Positions 9,257 to 18,422 of a stretch of DNA of 64,000 nt are shown here, one piece after another. The DNA is taken from IMG/VR virus record IMGVR_UViG_3300046167_000525; one strand, given 5' to 3'. Position numbers and translations under genes: made by a program. This DNA comes from an uncultured virus (IMG/VR IMGVR_UViG_3300046167_000525) (lineage: Duplodnaviria > Heunggongvirae > Uroviricota > Caudoviricetes > Crassvirales). The notes beneath the pieces are model-generated. The model ran no database searches. It had not been told where the DNA came from and saw nothing but the letters and a program-made list of their open reading frames with translations. Position 1 is the first letter of the stretch; each line of letters begins with the position of its first letter.

Positions 9257-11467
9257 TTATCTTAATATTTTAGACGTAGAACCTCTATTGTCATATCTTT
9301 TAATTCCTAAATCGTAAACCTTTTTTTGCACTGGACTAACCGGTGAATATAAGTTTTTATTACAAGCCATTATTGCTAACCCAGAACTTATAGAAGCATC
9401 ATGCTTTGTTCTATTGTTTATATTGAATTTACCCCAGTCTTCTAATGTTCTTTGAAAGTACATATCTCCATAACCAGCTTCTGTTCGTCCAACACAAGTT
9501 TCTATATATGATTCTATAGCCGCAGCGTGTGCCTGCTTTATATCTTCACTGGAGTTTGGTATACCACCTATTTCTCTTTCAGTTACAGATAATTTGTTTA
9601 ATCTTTTATCAGGTCTGTTCATTGAAAAGCCTCGATAGCCTCTTCTTTTAAAATGATACAGTAATCTAGGTTTGTTATTTTCCGCAAGTAATGGCATACC
9701 GTAAAATATGCAAGCCATCAATACATCTTCAAAAAATATCTCAGCAGTTTGAGGTCTAGCTATATACTCTAAAAAGAATCTATTAGGCGGAACATCTTCC
9801 ATACTAAACTTAGTTAAACCATGCAATGCTCCGTTAGAACCTCTTTTGTCAACCGTACCTGATATATCATAGCTATCACATCCGAAAGCACCACAGTGCT
9901 CGTTACCTGGATATTTCGTATTACCTTTTACTACAACCCTGTTTTGCATATGTACAGGAGGCACCCAGCTAACATTGAACCTACCGTTTTTATTTGGTAC
10001 AAATATTACCTTAGTGTCTTTTATACCGTTTTCCCACATAAAACTTCCAGTGGTTATTATCGATGTATTTCTAAGGTCTTCGTTATAATCTATTTGTTCG
10101 TATATCTTTGTTAAGTTAAACAGAGATTGTTTTGCTTCATCCCTAAAAGCGTGTTGCTCTGTTCTTGGAAACTGACGGTAGTATTCGTTTAAACCATCTT
10201 GATCTCCTTTTAATCCTTCAACTTCATTGTTCCAGTATTCAATTACACCTTGTCTTATAGGTGATCCGTCAGGACCTTCAACTGGTTTTTTTGGCGTTTC
10301 AAATACAGGAAATCCATAAGAATCAATGTATCCCTCGTAGTTCCATTCCATAGGAATGAACAAGCTATAGAGTCCCGAACGAGTCTGTCCATTTGCATTT
10401 CTTTTTGTTGCGTCGGAGTCATAGTATAGTTTTTTAAAGTTCTCACCACCTTTGTCTAAAGCATTTGATGTACTACCCATCATACACTTACCTATAATTT
10501 TTGAACCTAATCTCAAACAAGTTTTTGTAACTCTCCAATTATTTAATATGTTTGTAGGTCTTTCCCATTTACCACTTTCATCGTGGACTAATAGTTTTAA
10601 TTTTTCCCCGTCGTACGAGTTGTCTCCGGTGTTTTTCCAGTCGATCGTGGTATCGAGACCGGTAATTTCTTGTAGCTTTTCATTGGTATCAAGCTTTTTT
10701 CTCGTAAATTTAGAGGCCGGGACTCTGTACGCGAGCTCCGTTTTTGGCCTGTCCATACCGTCCTGGATTGGTTTGAAGAAGAACGGGTAATTAACTGAGA
10801 TGGGTACAACTTTATCTGTAAACATCTTTTTTGCATCTGGACCAGACTTTGATAAAATGCCGAATCTGGAGTCTGTTGATATTGTAGCTTGATTAACCGT
10901 TTCGCCTGAGGCCATGAAAGAAAACCCTGACCGTCTGTTCTTAAGATAGCACATTCCGTAACAACGAACATCTGATTTACAAGCTTCCCAGAATATAAAG
11001 AATAATCTGTTTGACTCCCTAAAGTCTGCTGCCCCAACATCAATTTTGGACCACTGCAAGTACATGTAGTGAGTACCAGTAATATAAGAAGGCTTGTCTT
11101 TATTAAAAAACCAAAAACCTTCTTCACGCCTTTTAAATTCTGTATCAATATAGTCATACCACTTTTCTTTAAACTGTGAAGGGTATTCGTCCCAATCAAA
11201 TACCGATTTTATCTTTGAAAGCTCTTTTGGGTATTCCGTGTGTTTCCACTTGTCTCCTTCAAATTTAATAACATCATCTTTCTTTGGCAATGCTATTTTT
11301 ACTCCTTGTATTTCGTAAACCTCTCCTATCTGCCCGGTCTTACTGATTACAACTACGTCGTGTTCTTCGTTATAACCGTACTCCCATTTCTTATACCTGT
11401 TTAACCTTTTTAATATCTTAGGTTTGATATAGTCTTTTAATACTGCTACTAAGGTTTGTTCGTACAT
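9257..11467 (-). CDS. terL: Terminase large subunit
   Basis: Walker A-like KNRRSGFS, Walker B LLVHDESGK, GST coupling motif, nuclease motifs FGCDSYD and HDASIS. Confidence 0.9.
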   Translation of the reverse strand: MYEQTLVAVLKDYIKPKILKRLNRYKKWEYGYNEEHDVVVISKTGQIGEVYEIQGVKIALPKKDDVIKFEGDKWKHTEYPKELSKIKSVFDWDEYPSQFKEKWYDYIDTEFKRREEGFWFFNKDKPSYITGTHYMYLQWSKIDVGAADFRESNRLFFIFWEACKSDVRCYGMCYLKNRRSGFSFMASGETVNQATISTDSRFGILSKSGPDAKKMFTDKVVPISVNYPFFFKPIQDGMDRPKTELAYRVPASKFTRKKLDTNEKLQEITGLDTTIDWKNTGDNSYDGEKLKLLVHDESGKWERPTNILNNWRVTKTCLRLGSKIIGKCMMGSTSNALDKGGENFKKLYYDSDATKRNANGQTRSGLYSLFIPMEWNYEGYIDSYGFPVFETPKKPVEGPDGSPIRQGVIEYWNNEVEGLKGDQDGLNEYYRQFPRTEQHAFRDEAKQSLFNLTKIYEQIDYNEDLRNTSIITTGSFMWENGIKDTKVIFVPNKNGRFNVSWVPPVHMQNRVVVKGNTKYPGNEHCGAFGCDSYDISGTVDKRGSNGALHGLTKFSMEDVPPNRFFLEYIARPQTAEIFFEDVLMACIFYGMPLLAENNKPRLLYHFKRRGYRGFSMNRPDKRLNKLSVTEREIGGIPNSSEDIKQAHAAAIESYIETCVGRTEAGYGDMYFQRTLEDWGKFNINNRTKHDASISSGLAIMACNKNLYSPVSPVQKKVYDLGIKRYDNRGSTSKILR

Positions 11468-11742
11468 TATCTAGATCTTCCTTCTGCAAAACCTTTAAAA
11501 GCTTTTTCTTCCTTAGCTTCTTTTGGGTTTTCATTTAATCTTTCATCCTCCTCTTCTATTCTAGCAAGTATTTCAAAAGCATCGAATATAGCTAATTTTT
11601 TTGTTGCGGCAGCATTTTTAAGTCTGTCAGCTGATAAATCATCTTCTGAGTCAACGATCTTTTCTTCTGCCACTTTAATTAACTCCTTAACTGCTTTTTG
11701 CCCAGCTAGGATTATATTCTTCTTGGTTTCTTTTGTGTTCAT
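11467..11742 (-). CDS. Small helical protein, possible terminase small subunit
   Basis: 91 aa, coupled to the terL start. Confidence 0.4.
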   Translation of the reverse strand: MNTKETKKNIILAGQKAVKELIKVAEEKIVDSEDDLSADRLKNAAATKKLAIFDAFEILARIEEEDERLNENPKEAKEEKAFKGFAEGRSR

Positions 11743-12292
11743 ACTTAATTACAATATCATTAGATTTCATACAATAAACTCTTTGATCGTCTATTATAAA
11801 ATCCCATTCACTGCCTGGCGTAAACCCTACTGTGTCTCCTGGATTGATATTAAGCGCTTTTAAAGAACTATTACCTATTTTTAATATACCAATAAGGTCT
11901 TGCTCTTTTTGTGATCTTAAAGTGTCTTTGTTTTTTAAAGGCATTACAAAGCATCTGTCTCCAAATGATTTCCAATCCTCTGTATTTTTATACAAATATA
12001 TTTGATCTGCTGAACAAAAGTGCAAGTCATCTTTAAAATGAGATCTACTTCTTTTCTTATTACCTCGGATATCATAAAAAACTCTAAATACATTATGATG
12101 TATTACTATGATGTCTCCTTTTTTTATACTTGTTTTAAAAGCTTTTGGTGTTTCAACCACTATAGCTAAATTGTTTACAGACTTAAAGTCTTCAATTTTA
12201 GTGTTTAGTATTAATGTAACGTCGCCTAGCTTTATTTTGTTATCGTATCTATCGCCAATAGGTTTGACGATAAAATCGTATAGACTTCTCAT
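11687..12292 (-). CDS. Tandem GroES-like domain protein
   Basis: Two GroES-like repeats: FIVKPIGD..IKKGDIIVI and GDRCFVMP..INPGDTVGF..YCMKSNDIV. Confidence 0.55.
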   Translation of the reverse strand: MRSLYDFIVKPIGDRYDNKIKLGDVTLILNTKIEDFKSVNNLAIVVETPKAFKTSIKKGDIIVIHHNVFRVFYDIRGNKKRSRSHFKDDLHFCSADQIYLYKNTEDWKSFGDRCFVMPLKNKDTLRSQKEQDLIGILKIGNSSLKALNINPGDTVGFTPGSEWDFIIDDQRVYCMKSNDIVIKYEHKRNQEEYNPSWAKSS

Positions 12293-12520
12293 TTAATATT
12301 CTAAATCATACTCAACGGATATTGCCATGTTAGAATTAAACTTCTTCCATGGCATTACCTCATTTCCTTTCTTTATGTAAATACTGTAAGAATTAGACTG
12401 TGTGTCATGTAGTATGCAATCTATAGTATGTCCACCATAAACGTTTTGCCCTACTGAATAGTGCATAGCGTCATTCTTATAGTCAGAACCTATACTTATT
12501 TTTCTTACAACAGAACTCAT
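12293..12520 (-). CDS. Hypothetical protein
   Basis: 75-aa ORF abutting its neighbours. Confidence 0.6.
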   Translation of the reverse strand: MSSVVRKISIGSDYKNDAMHYSVGQNVYGGHTIDCILHDTQSNSYSIYIKKGNEVMPWKKFNSNMAISVEYDLEY

Positions 12521-12780
12521 TATTCCGCTATCTCAAGAGTTTTTGTTTCTTCTTCTTGCTTAGCTTCTTCATAAGTACCATCAGCTAAGTTTACAGTTAT
12601 GTCACCATACTCTTCTCTGATTTCAGCCTTAATACCATCTAATTCTTTCACAGCTTCAAAATGTGCTGATAGGTATTCTGCTTTTCTTGCCTCTAAAAAT
12701 CCTACTTCTGTAAGTATAGAGTTCATTTTTCCTGTTGCGTCTTTAATAGACTTTAATTGTTCATCTGTTAATTTTCCCAT
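12520..12780 (-). CDS. Hypothetical coiled-coil protein
   Basis: 86-aa ORF downstream of a late promoter motif. Confidence 0.6.
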   Translation of the reverse strand: MGKLTDEQLKSIKDATGKMNSILTEVGFLEARKAEYLSAHFEAVKELDGIKAEIREEYGDITVNLADGTYEEAKQEEETKTLEIAE

Positions 12781-12815
12781 TTTATTTAATTTAATTGGTT
12801 ACTGTTATTACTATT

Positions 12816-12839
12816 ATTACTTGTTTTTAATCTTTTTAC
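12816..12839 (-). promoter_or_regulatory. Class-II (middle/late) promoter motif
   Basis: Minus strand GTAAAA-N13-GTAAT upstream of the operon leading to terminase. Confidence 0.55.
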
Positions 12840-13237
12840 TTTTTAAATAAAGGCCCTAGCTTATCCACTATTTTTTCGCCACTTCTACCAATTACATAAC
12901 CTCCAATACCTATTTCTAGTAACTGCCAAAATTCAGGCTCTAGAACAGGTGTTACAAGTCTTGTAGATAACTGTGATATAAACTTAGTGTATATAATTAT
13001 AAAACCAAATGAAAGCATTAGTATTGGTCTCCAGCTTCTTTGCAACCAATTACCTTTAGCTTCTGCTACAATAATCTCAGTTTGCATTTTTTGAAGCTCT
13101 AATTGAGCATCTTGTAATACTTTGAATATTTCATTTCTAGCATTTAGCCTTTCTTCTTCGCTGGTAAATAAACTATCAACTACATCACCGACTTGTTTAA
13201 AGACTTTAGTACTGAAAAATTCTAATATCTTTTTCAT
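12836..13237 (-). CDS. Holin-like protein (GTA 3TM holin family)
   Basis: EAKGNWLQRSWRP motif, hydrophobic segments and GGYVIGRSGEK. Confidence 0.65.
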   Translation of the reverse strand: MKKILEFFSTKVFKQVGDVVDSLFTSEEERLNARNEIFKVLQDAQLELQKMQTEIIVAEAKGNWLQRSWRPILMLSFGFIIIYTKFISQLSTRLVTPVLEPEFWQLLEIGIGGYVIGRSGEKIVDKLGPLFKK

Positions 13238-13549
13238 TTACTTTGCTTTTCTATATGCCTCAGCTTCCCAAGGTAGATTTTTAGCTCCCTCTTTCATTTG
13301 AGCTCTTGAATATTTTTTACCTTTCCAGTATACATTGTTATCATCATAATCTAAATCACCGCGCTTCATTTGATCTATGTGTACCTTTTCGTGGTTTATA
13401 ACACTGTTTAATTTAGCTGGTGATAAATTATTGTTTATAACAATAGTACCATTATTATTGGCTTTACCTAAAACTCCGTCTTCCATATCTACGCTATAAA
13501 TAGGTGTATTATCTATAGCGTATGGAGGATTTTGTAATTTAAAAGCCAT
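13238..13549 (-). CDS. Small zincin-like metallopeptidase
   Basis: HEKVH (HExxH) and downstream PWEAEAY. Confidence 0.65.
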   Translation of the reverse strand: MAFKLQNPPYAIDNTPIYSVDMEDGVLGKANNNGTIVINNNLSPAKLNSVINHEKVHIDQMKRGDLDYDDNNVYWKGKKYSRAQMKEGAKNLPWEAEAYRKAK

Positions 13550-13553
13550 TAAC

Positions 13554-13718
13554 TTACTTTTTACAGTGCTTAGACATCCAAGAACCTTTCATAGCTAATG
13601 GAGATTTACCTAATTCAGATCCATATCCTTTGTTAAGATTTTTAACAGCAGACCCTTTGTCTACAATAGGATTGTCTTTAATTAAGTTTTTCTTTTCTTG
13701 CTTGTTGTAATTTTTCAT
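13554..13718 (-). CDS. Small basic protein (54 aa)
   Basis: Own translation MKNYNKQEKKNLIKDNPIVD..KSPLAMKGSWMSKHCKK. Confidence 0.55.
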   Translation of the reverse strand: MKNYNKQEKKNLIKDNPIVDKGSAVKNLNKGYGSELGKSPLAMKGSWMSKHCKK

Positions 13719-13736
13719 CTTTATATATATTTATTA

Positions 13737-14057
13737 TTAACAATTCCATCTTCTTCTAGCAGCTCTTCCTCTTTCTGAGGTCCAGCCTTTTGATCTAGCG
13801 CAGAATGATTTTCTTCTTTTAGCAGCTTTACTTCCTTTCTTTAATTTAGAAGGTGGAGTTGTTACAGCCGTTTGCAATTTACTACCAGGGTTATCTCTTT
13901 TGTATTTTTTAACACCTTTTTCAGACATGCCTCCGCCAGCAGCCGCTCCTGTGCCTGTTTTGTTTGCTTTGTTGTAATATCCTTTAGACTTCTTTTTAGA
14001 AGGCGCTGGTGGTTTACTCTTTTTTAAAAAGGGACTTGATGATTGTGTAAATGCCAT
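13737..14057 (-). CDS. Small highly basic protein (DUF6321-like)
   Basis: RRKSFCARS..ARRRWNC C-terminus. Confidence 0.55.
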   Translation of the reverse strand: MAFTQSSSPFLKKSKPPAPSKKKSKGYYNKANKTGTGAAAGGGMSEKGVKKYKRDNPGSKLQTAVTTPPSKLKKGSKAAKRRKSFCARSKGWTSERGRAARRRWNC

Positions 14058-14060
14058 ATC

Positions 14061-14207
14061 TTATTCTTTTAATTTAACCCACTTAGATAACGTATAACCT
14101 ATAGTTACCAGTAGTAATAATATTTTTAAATATACTTCTATATTAGTCATAGTTACTGCCATTGTGGCGAGGTTTATTGCGTATAATTTTACATCCTGAG
14201 CTAGCAT
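14061..14207 (-). CDS. Small membrane protein (48 aa), holin-like
   Basis: Own translation with hydrophobic segment YLKILLLLVTIGYTLSKW. Confidence 0.5.
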   Translation of the reverse strand: MLAQDVKLYAINLATMAVTMTNIEVYLKILLLLVTIGYTLSKWVKLKE

Positions 14208-14213
14208 AGTTTA

Positions 14214-14390
14214 CTATTTAGCTCGTTGCGTGATAGGTCCTTTCATAGAGCTACACCCACAGTGTGCTTTAGAAATTTCCATTCCGTATTTACCTGAACT
14301 AGATCCTTTACCTTTTGGTAGCGCGTCTAAATCTAATGGTCCATCCCATATAGCGTTTTGACCTGATGCTTTTTTATTAATGTTATCCAT
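14214..14390 (-). CDS. Small hypothetical protein (58 aa)
   Basis: Own translation MDNINKKASGQNAIWDGP..GPITQRAK. Confidence 0.5.
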   Translation of the reverse strand: MDNINKKASGQNAIWDGPLDLDALPKGKGSSSGKYGMEISKAHCGCSSMKGPITQRAK

Positions 14391-14408
14391 ATCTTTATTT
14401 TTTTTATT

Positions 14409-14675
14409 TTATTTTTTATATCCTTCAACTCTAGCTTTTATAACATCAGCTCTAGTAATTTCACCATCTCCATTTTGATCTTCAAAATATAAAGGTGTTA
14501 TTTCTCTTTGAGGCATGCTTTTAGCTCTTTGATCTGGTGTTCCAAATACATACTGAGCGTTTGCAGCTTGATTTGGATTAAATACAGGTTTAGCATTCCC
14601 CATTTCATTTGAAGGTACAGGCGCTCCCGGATTTTGGAAAATTGGTTGACCCAATAAGTTTTCATCTTGTTTCAT
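14409..14675 (-). CDS. Hypothetical protein with an EF-hand-like loop
   Basis: DQNGDGEITRADV. Confidence 0.5.
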   Translation of the reverse strand: MKQDENLLGQPIFQNPGAPVPSNEMGNAKPVFNPNQAANAQYVFGTPDQRAKSMPQREITPLYFEDQNGDGEITRADVIKARVEGYKK

Positions 14676-15102
14676 CTTTATTGACGTTTTTTATAGACAC
14701 ACTTAGTACTTTATCAGTGTAAGTGTTTCCTTTCATTATTCTATTTCTACTACTCGTAGGTATATCATCCTGACCTAGCATTATTCTATAAATTCTATTT
14801 ATAAGCTGCTTGCCTTTAAATGATACTTTATATATATGATACTTTTGAGTAGTTCTATTTCTTTTTCGCCAAACAGAAATCCAGTCTTCCTTCAATAACT
14901 TATTCCATCTTCTATTATCCCAACTGTATGAAAACGTACCTGTCTTAAAATCTTGCTTAGTAAACATATCTAAACAATCTAAATAAATTAATAGTTCTAG
15001 ATCAGCGTCGTTTAAGTCATTATTTCTACATGCCCATTTTCGTATGATTCTGTAGTGTTTTAACAACCCTAATTTTTTAACATCACTAGCATCTATTCTC
15101 AT
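14662..15102 (-). CDS. Putative winged-helix DNA-binding protein
   Basis: LNDADLELLIYL..YKVSFKGKQL pattern resembles MarR-like wHTH. Confidence 0.45.
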   Translation of the reverse strand: MRIDASDVKKLGLLKHYRIIRKWACRNNDLNDADLELLIYLDCLDMFTKQDFKTGTFSYSWDNRRWNKLLKEDWISVWRKRNRTTQKYHIYKVSFKGKQLINRIYRIMLGQDDIPTSSRNRIMKGNTYTDKVLSVSIKNVNKDETR

Positions 15103-15365
15103 AAAACTACAACTATATCTTGCATTTTTATAACTTGATACGGATCACCTTCTATTTCTATTGTGTGACCGGCATGTCTATCGTAGTAAATTAAATCACC
15201 TTCATTTAGACCTGCTTTGGTTGCTTCTTCTCCAGGAGATATTACAGATGCTTTAATGTATCTTATATCTTCCCTTTGTTTCTCGGCAAGAAGTAAACCG
15301 CCTTTAGTAGCGGCCACTCCTTCTTTTTGTTTCTTTATTATTAAGTTTCTACCTATCGCCTTCAT
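15099..15365 (-). CDS. groES: Co-chaperonin GroES
   Basis: MKAIGRNLII..TKGGLLL..GDLIYY..DIVVVL; adjacent to groEL. Confidence 0.85.
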   Translation of the reverse strand: MKAIGRNLIIKKQKEGVAATKGGLLLAEKQREDIRYIKASVISPGEEATKAGLNEGDLIYYDRHAGHTIEIEGDPYQVIKMQDIVVVL

Positions 15366-16902
15366 TTGCTCTTAAATTATTAATTACACAATCAGTTGAT
15401 AATATTGTAGTAGCTACAGATGCAGCGTTTCTTAATGCACTTTTGGTTACCATTAACGGATCAATTATACCGTGTTTAACCATATTTACAGGTTCTCCTG
15501 TTATTGCATTCAAACCAACACCTTTGTCTTGTGGTTCGGACGCTGTGATACCTGCATTTTCTAATATTGTAAAGTAAGGGGCTTTTATAGCTTTTAATAA
15601 AACTTCTTCACCTAATCCTTCACTTTTAATATATGTTGAAGCATTAAATAATGCAACGCCTCCGCCTGGTACAATACCTTCTTTTACGGCTGCCTTTGTT
15701 GCACAGATAGCATCTTCAACTCTATCAGTTTTTTCTTTTAACTCTACTTCAGAGTTTGCACCAACTTTAACCACCGCAATTTTAGCGGTTAACATGGATA
15801 ATCTTTTTTCAAGCTTTATAACCTCCCAGCTTTTCAGTGTGTTATTTGTAAGCTTTTCTTTTATGCTACGTATTACATCCTTTATTTTTTCGGATGCCTC
15901 AGAGACTGTTATAACAGTGTCCTCGTGCGAGGTAACACTTTTTAAACAAGATCCTAAATACTCTACATCAATTGAATCAAGGTCATCACCTAAATCTTCG
16001 TTAACTATTGTAGCACCAGTTAGTAAAGAAAGATCTTCAAGTACTTCTCGTTTGCTAATACCATAAGTAGGAGCGTTGATTACATTTACTTTTAGATTAC
16101 CTTTCTTTTTATTGGTAGCCAGAGTTGATAAAACACCTTGTTCTAAATCGCCTATGATAAGCAAAGGTTTATTGTTTTTTATTACGTACTCCAGCACTTT
16201 TTGTATATCTCTTATAGTATTAACTGGAGATTCCATAATTAATACTAGTGGATTTTCTAATTCCGCTGTTTTTGTTTGTTCGTTTGTAATGAAATGAGAG
16301 TTTGTTAAACCTTTGTCGTAAGGTACACCTTCAATTAATTCAGAAACAGTTTTACCGTCACCGGCAGTTTCCATCATTACAATACCTGTATTGTCTACAG
16401 ACCTAAACGCATCAGCTATAATAGAACCTAATTCATTGTCGTTGTTAACGGATATAGAAGCTATATTATCCAGCATGTCTCCTTTCACGTCAACCGCTAG
16501 CTTTTCTAAATACTTAATTACTTTTTCAACCGCAGAATTTATACCATCTTTTATTTCTCTGGCATTTTTCTTTTCTGAAACAGCATAAGCTTCTTTTAAT
16601 ATAGCGTGAGCTAAAACAGTTGCGGTAGTTGTACCGTCACCTGCTTCTTGAACAGTTTTTCTAGCAGCTTCCTTTAACAATGTAGATCCCATGTTTTCCA
16701 CTGGATCAAACAATATTATAGAATCAGCCACAGTAACACCGTCTTTTGTTATCACGGGTTTACCCGTACCATCTTCTAGCATCACGCATTTACCGCCAGC
16801 TCCTAATGTAGAGCTGACAGCATTTGCTAATTTTTCTATTCCTTTAAATACTTGATCTCTAGCATCGTCACCAAAGTTCAAGTTTTTGACAATTCCGTTC
16901 AT
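15349..16902 (-). CDS. groEL: Chaperonin GroEL
   Basis: ITKDGVTVA, GDGTTTATVLA, EGIVPGGG and GIIDP motifs. Confidence 0.97.
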   Translation of the reverse strand: MNGIVKNLNFGDDARDQVFKGIEKLANAVSSTLGAGGKCVMLEDGTGKPVITKDGVTVADSIILFDPVENMGSTLLKEAARKTVQEAGDGTTTATVLAHAILKEAYAVSEKKNAREIKDGINSAVEKVIKYLEKLAVDVKGDMLDNIASISVNNDNELGSIIADAFRSVDNTGIVMMETAGDGKTVSELIEGVPYDKGLTNSHFITNEQTKTAELENPLVLIMESPVNTIRDIQKVLEYVIKNNKPLLIIGDLEQGVLSTLATNKKKGNLKVNVINAPTYGISKREVLEDLSLLTGATIVNEDLGDDLDSIDVEYLGSCLKSVTSHEDTVITVSEASEKIKDVIRSIKEKLTNNTLKSWEVIKLEKRLSMLTAKIAVVKVGANSEVELKEKTDRVEDAICATKAAVKEGIVPGGGVALFNASTYIKSEGLGEEVLLKAIKAPYFTILENAGITASEPQDKGVGLNAITGEPVNMVKHGIIDPLMVTKSALRNAASVATTILSTDCVINNLRANEGDR

Positions 16903-16955
16903 ATTTAATTTAATTTGATTTGATTTAATTCACCCTTTTTAGGTATACGAGTATT

Positions 16956-16980
16956 ATTACTCGTTTTGTTCGATTTTTAC
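16956..16980 (-). promoter_or_regulatory. Class-II (middle/late) promoter motif upstream of groEL
   Basis: Minus strand GTAAAA-N14-GTAAT. Confidence 0.6.
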
Positions 16981-16984
16981 CTAA

Positions 16985-17383
16985 TTAATCTTCAGCCTCA
17001 GACTCTTGCGTCTCCTCAACCTCAGGTGTTGGCGGCACAGGCTCCCCAATAGTCAATGTAACACTTGTAGGTGTAATCAAACTATCTATCTGACTTTGTA
17101 TGCTTGCTTCAATGCTAGCAACTTGTTCGTCACCCATTGCTCCTTTAGTCCAAGCAACTACTTCATCATTTGTTAATTGATCAAACGGTATGAATTCTGT
17201 TATCTGACTTGTGTCTAGAGTTTGTGTTCCAATGTTTGTAGCTGAGTAGCTTTTCCCTTCAGGGTCTTCAGAGTCCTCTGAAGTACCTGTTACAATCCAG
17301 TGCACATTGTACACTACATCCGCTTCGTTGTTTTGTTCTGGGTAGCAATCTACTGTTTTGCAATTCCAATTGTAAGTTGTCAT
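16985..17383 (-). CDS. Tail-fibre-associated hypothetical protein
   Basis: 132-aa acidic ORF (VVYNVHW..FIPFDQLT..VVAWT) at the end of the fibre cluster. Confidence 0.55.
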   Translation of the reverse strand: MTTYNWNCKTVDCYPEQNNEADVVYNVHWIVTGTSEDSEDPEGKSYSATNIGTQTLDTSQITEFIPFDQLTNDEVVAWTKGAMGDEQVASIEASIQSQIDSLITPTSVTLTIGEPVPPTPEVEETQESEAED

Positions 17384-17404
17384 AATCTTTGTTTTTAATT
17401 TTGG

Positions 17405-17428
17405 TTTATTTATTTATTTATTTATTTA
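17405..17428. repeat. (TTTA)6 microsatellite
   Basis: Six perfect copies in the intergenic gap. Confidence 0.9.
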
Positions 17429-17429
17429 T

Positions 17430-18422
17430 CTACGGACAAGTACCCCAAACCGGCTTATTAGCGTTAGTTAGTGCCGATGAGGTGCTAAAATTAGTTGGTT
17501 CTGAGGTAATATTTGTAACACACCAACCTGATAAGTCTTTATTGAAAACTGTTGCACCGTTAAACATTTCAGACATATTAATCACATTACTCACATCCCA
17601 ATTTCCTATAGCTACATTGAAAGAGACTGCGCTTTTAAACATACTACCCATATAAACAACGCTGCTAACATCCCATCCGGTAATATCGTTATTAAAAGAC
17701 GTGGAGTTCATAAACATTGAAGACATATTAGTCACACTACTCACATCCCAGGAATCAATATCTTGGTTAAAAGCTGATGTTCCACTATTAGGTAATCTAA
17801 ACATACTACCCATGTCTGTTACGCTACTCACGTCCCAGTCACTTAGCGGCTGATTAAAAGAGGTTGCACCATAAAACATTGATCTCATATATGTCACATT
17901 ACTCACATCCCAGCTTTCAATATCTTGATTGAAAGAGGTTGCAACATAAAACATAAGACCAGTATTCCAAGCGTTACCTAAATCCCAAGAACCAATATCT
18001 TGATTGAAAGCAGACGCTCCCTTAAACATACCTTGAAACACGGTGCCATTACCTGTATTCCAAGAACTAATATCAGCATTAAAAGTTGTTTTATTTTCAA
18101 ACGCATAACTAAAATCTGTTACCCTACTCACATCCCAGTTTGGCATAGTACCAAAAGGTGTTACGTTGTAAAGACCCGTAACAGGTTCTTGAGCTAAGCA
18201 GGTAGCTATAATTGAATTAAAATTAGTGTCTGTTATATATAAAGCTCCTCCTGCATCATAGTTTCTAAATTGAAGTAAATTACTTTCATCACCTGGCCCG
18301 TAGTTAGAATCAAATTTACCTACTATAGCGTCATCAAATGAATCAACTAAATCATCCGTCGTTGGATTGACAGTCGAGACAACATCCTGCAATGAAAAAG
18401 TAGTTGTATTTGGTACTGCCAT
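17430..18422 (-). CDS. DUF285/BspA-like repeat protein, putative adhesin
   Basis: About eight 25-aa repeats of the type FNQDIxSWDVSxVTNMxSMF. Confidence 0.85.
   Translation of the reverse strand: MAVPNTTTFSLQDVVSTVNPTTDDLVDSFDDAIVGKFDSNYGPGDESNLLQFRNYDAGGALYITDTNFNSIIATCLAQEPVTGLYNVTPFGTMPNWDVSRVTDFSYAFENKTTFNADISSWNTGNGTVFQGMFKGASAFNQDIGSWDLGNAWNTGLMFYVATSFNQDIESWDVSNVTYMRSMFYGATSFNQPLSDWDVSSVTDMGSMFRLPNSGTSAFNQDIDSWDVSSVTNMSSMFMNSTSFNNDITGWDVSSVVYMGSMFKSAVSFNVAIGNWDVSNVINMSEMFNGATVFNKDLSGWCVTNITSEPTNFSTSSALTNANKPVWGTCP

Noticed and set aside
17405..17428. (TTTA)6 as a phase-variation switch
   Set aside because: It is intergenic in a very AT-rich genome and not within a recognised promoter spacer
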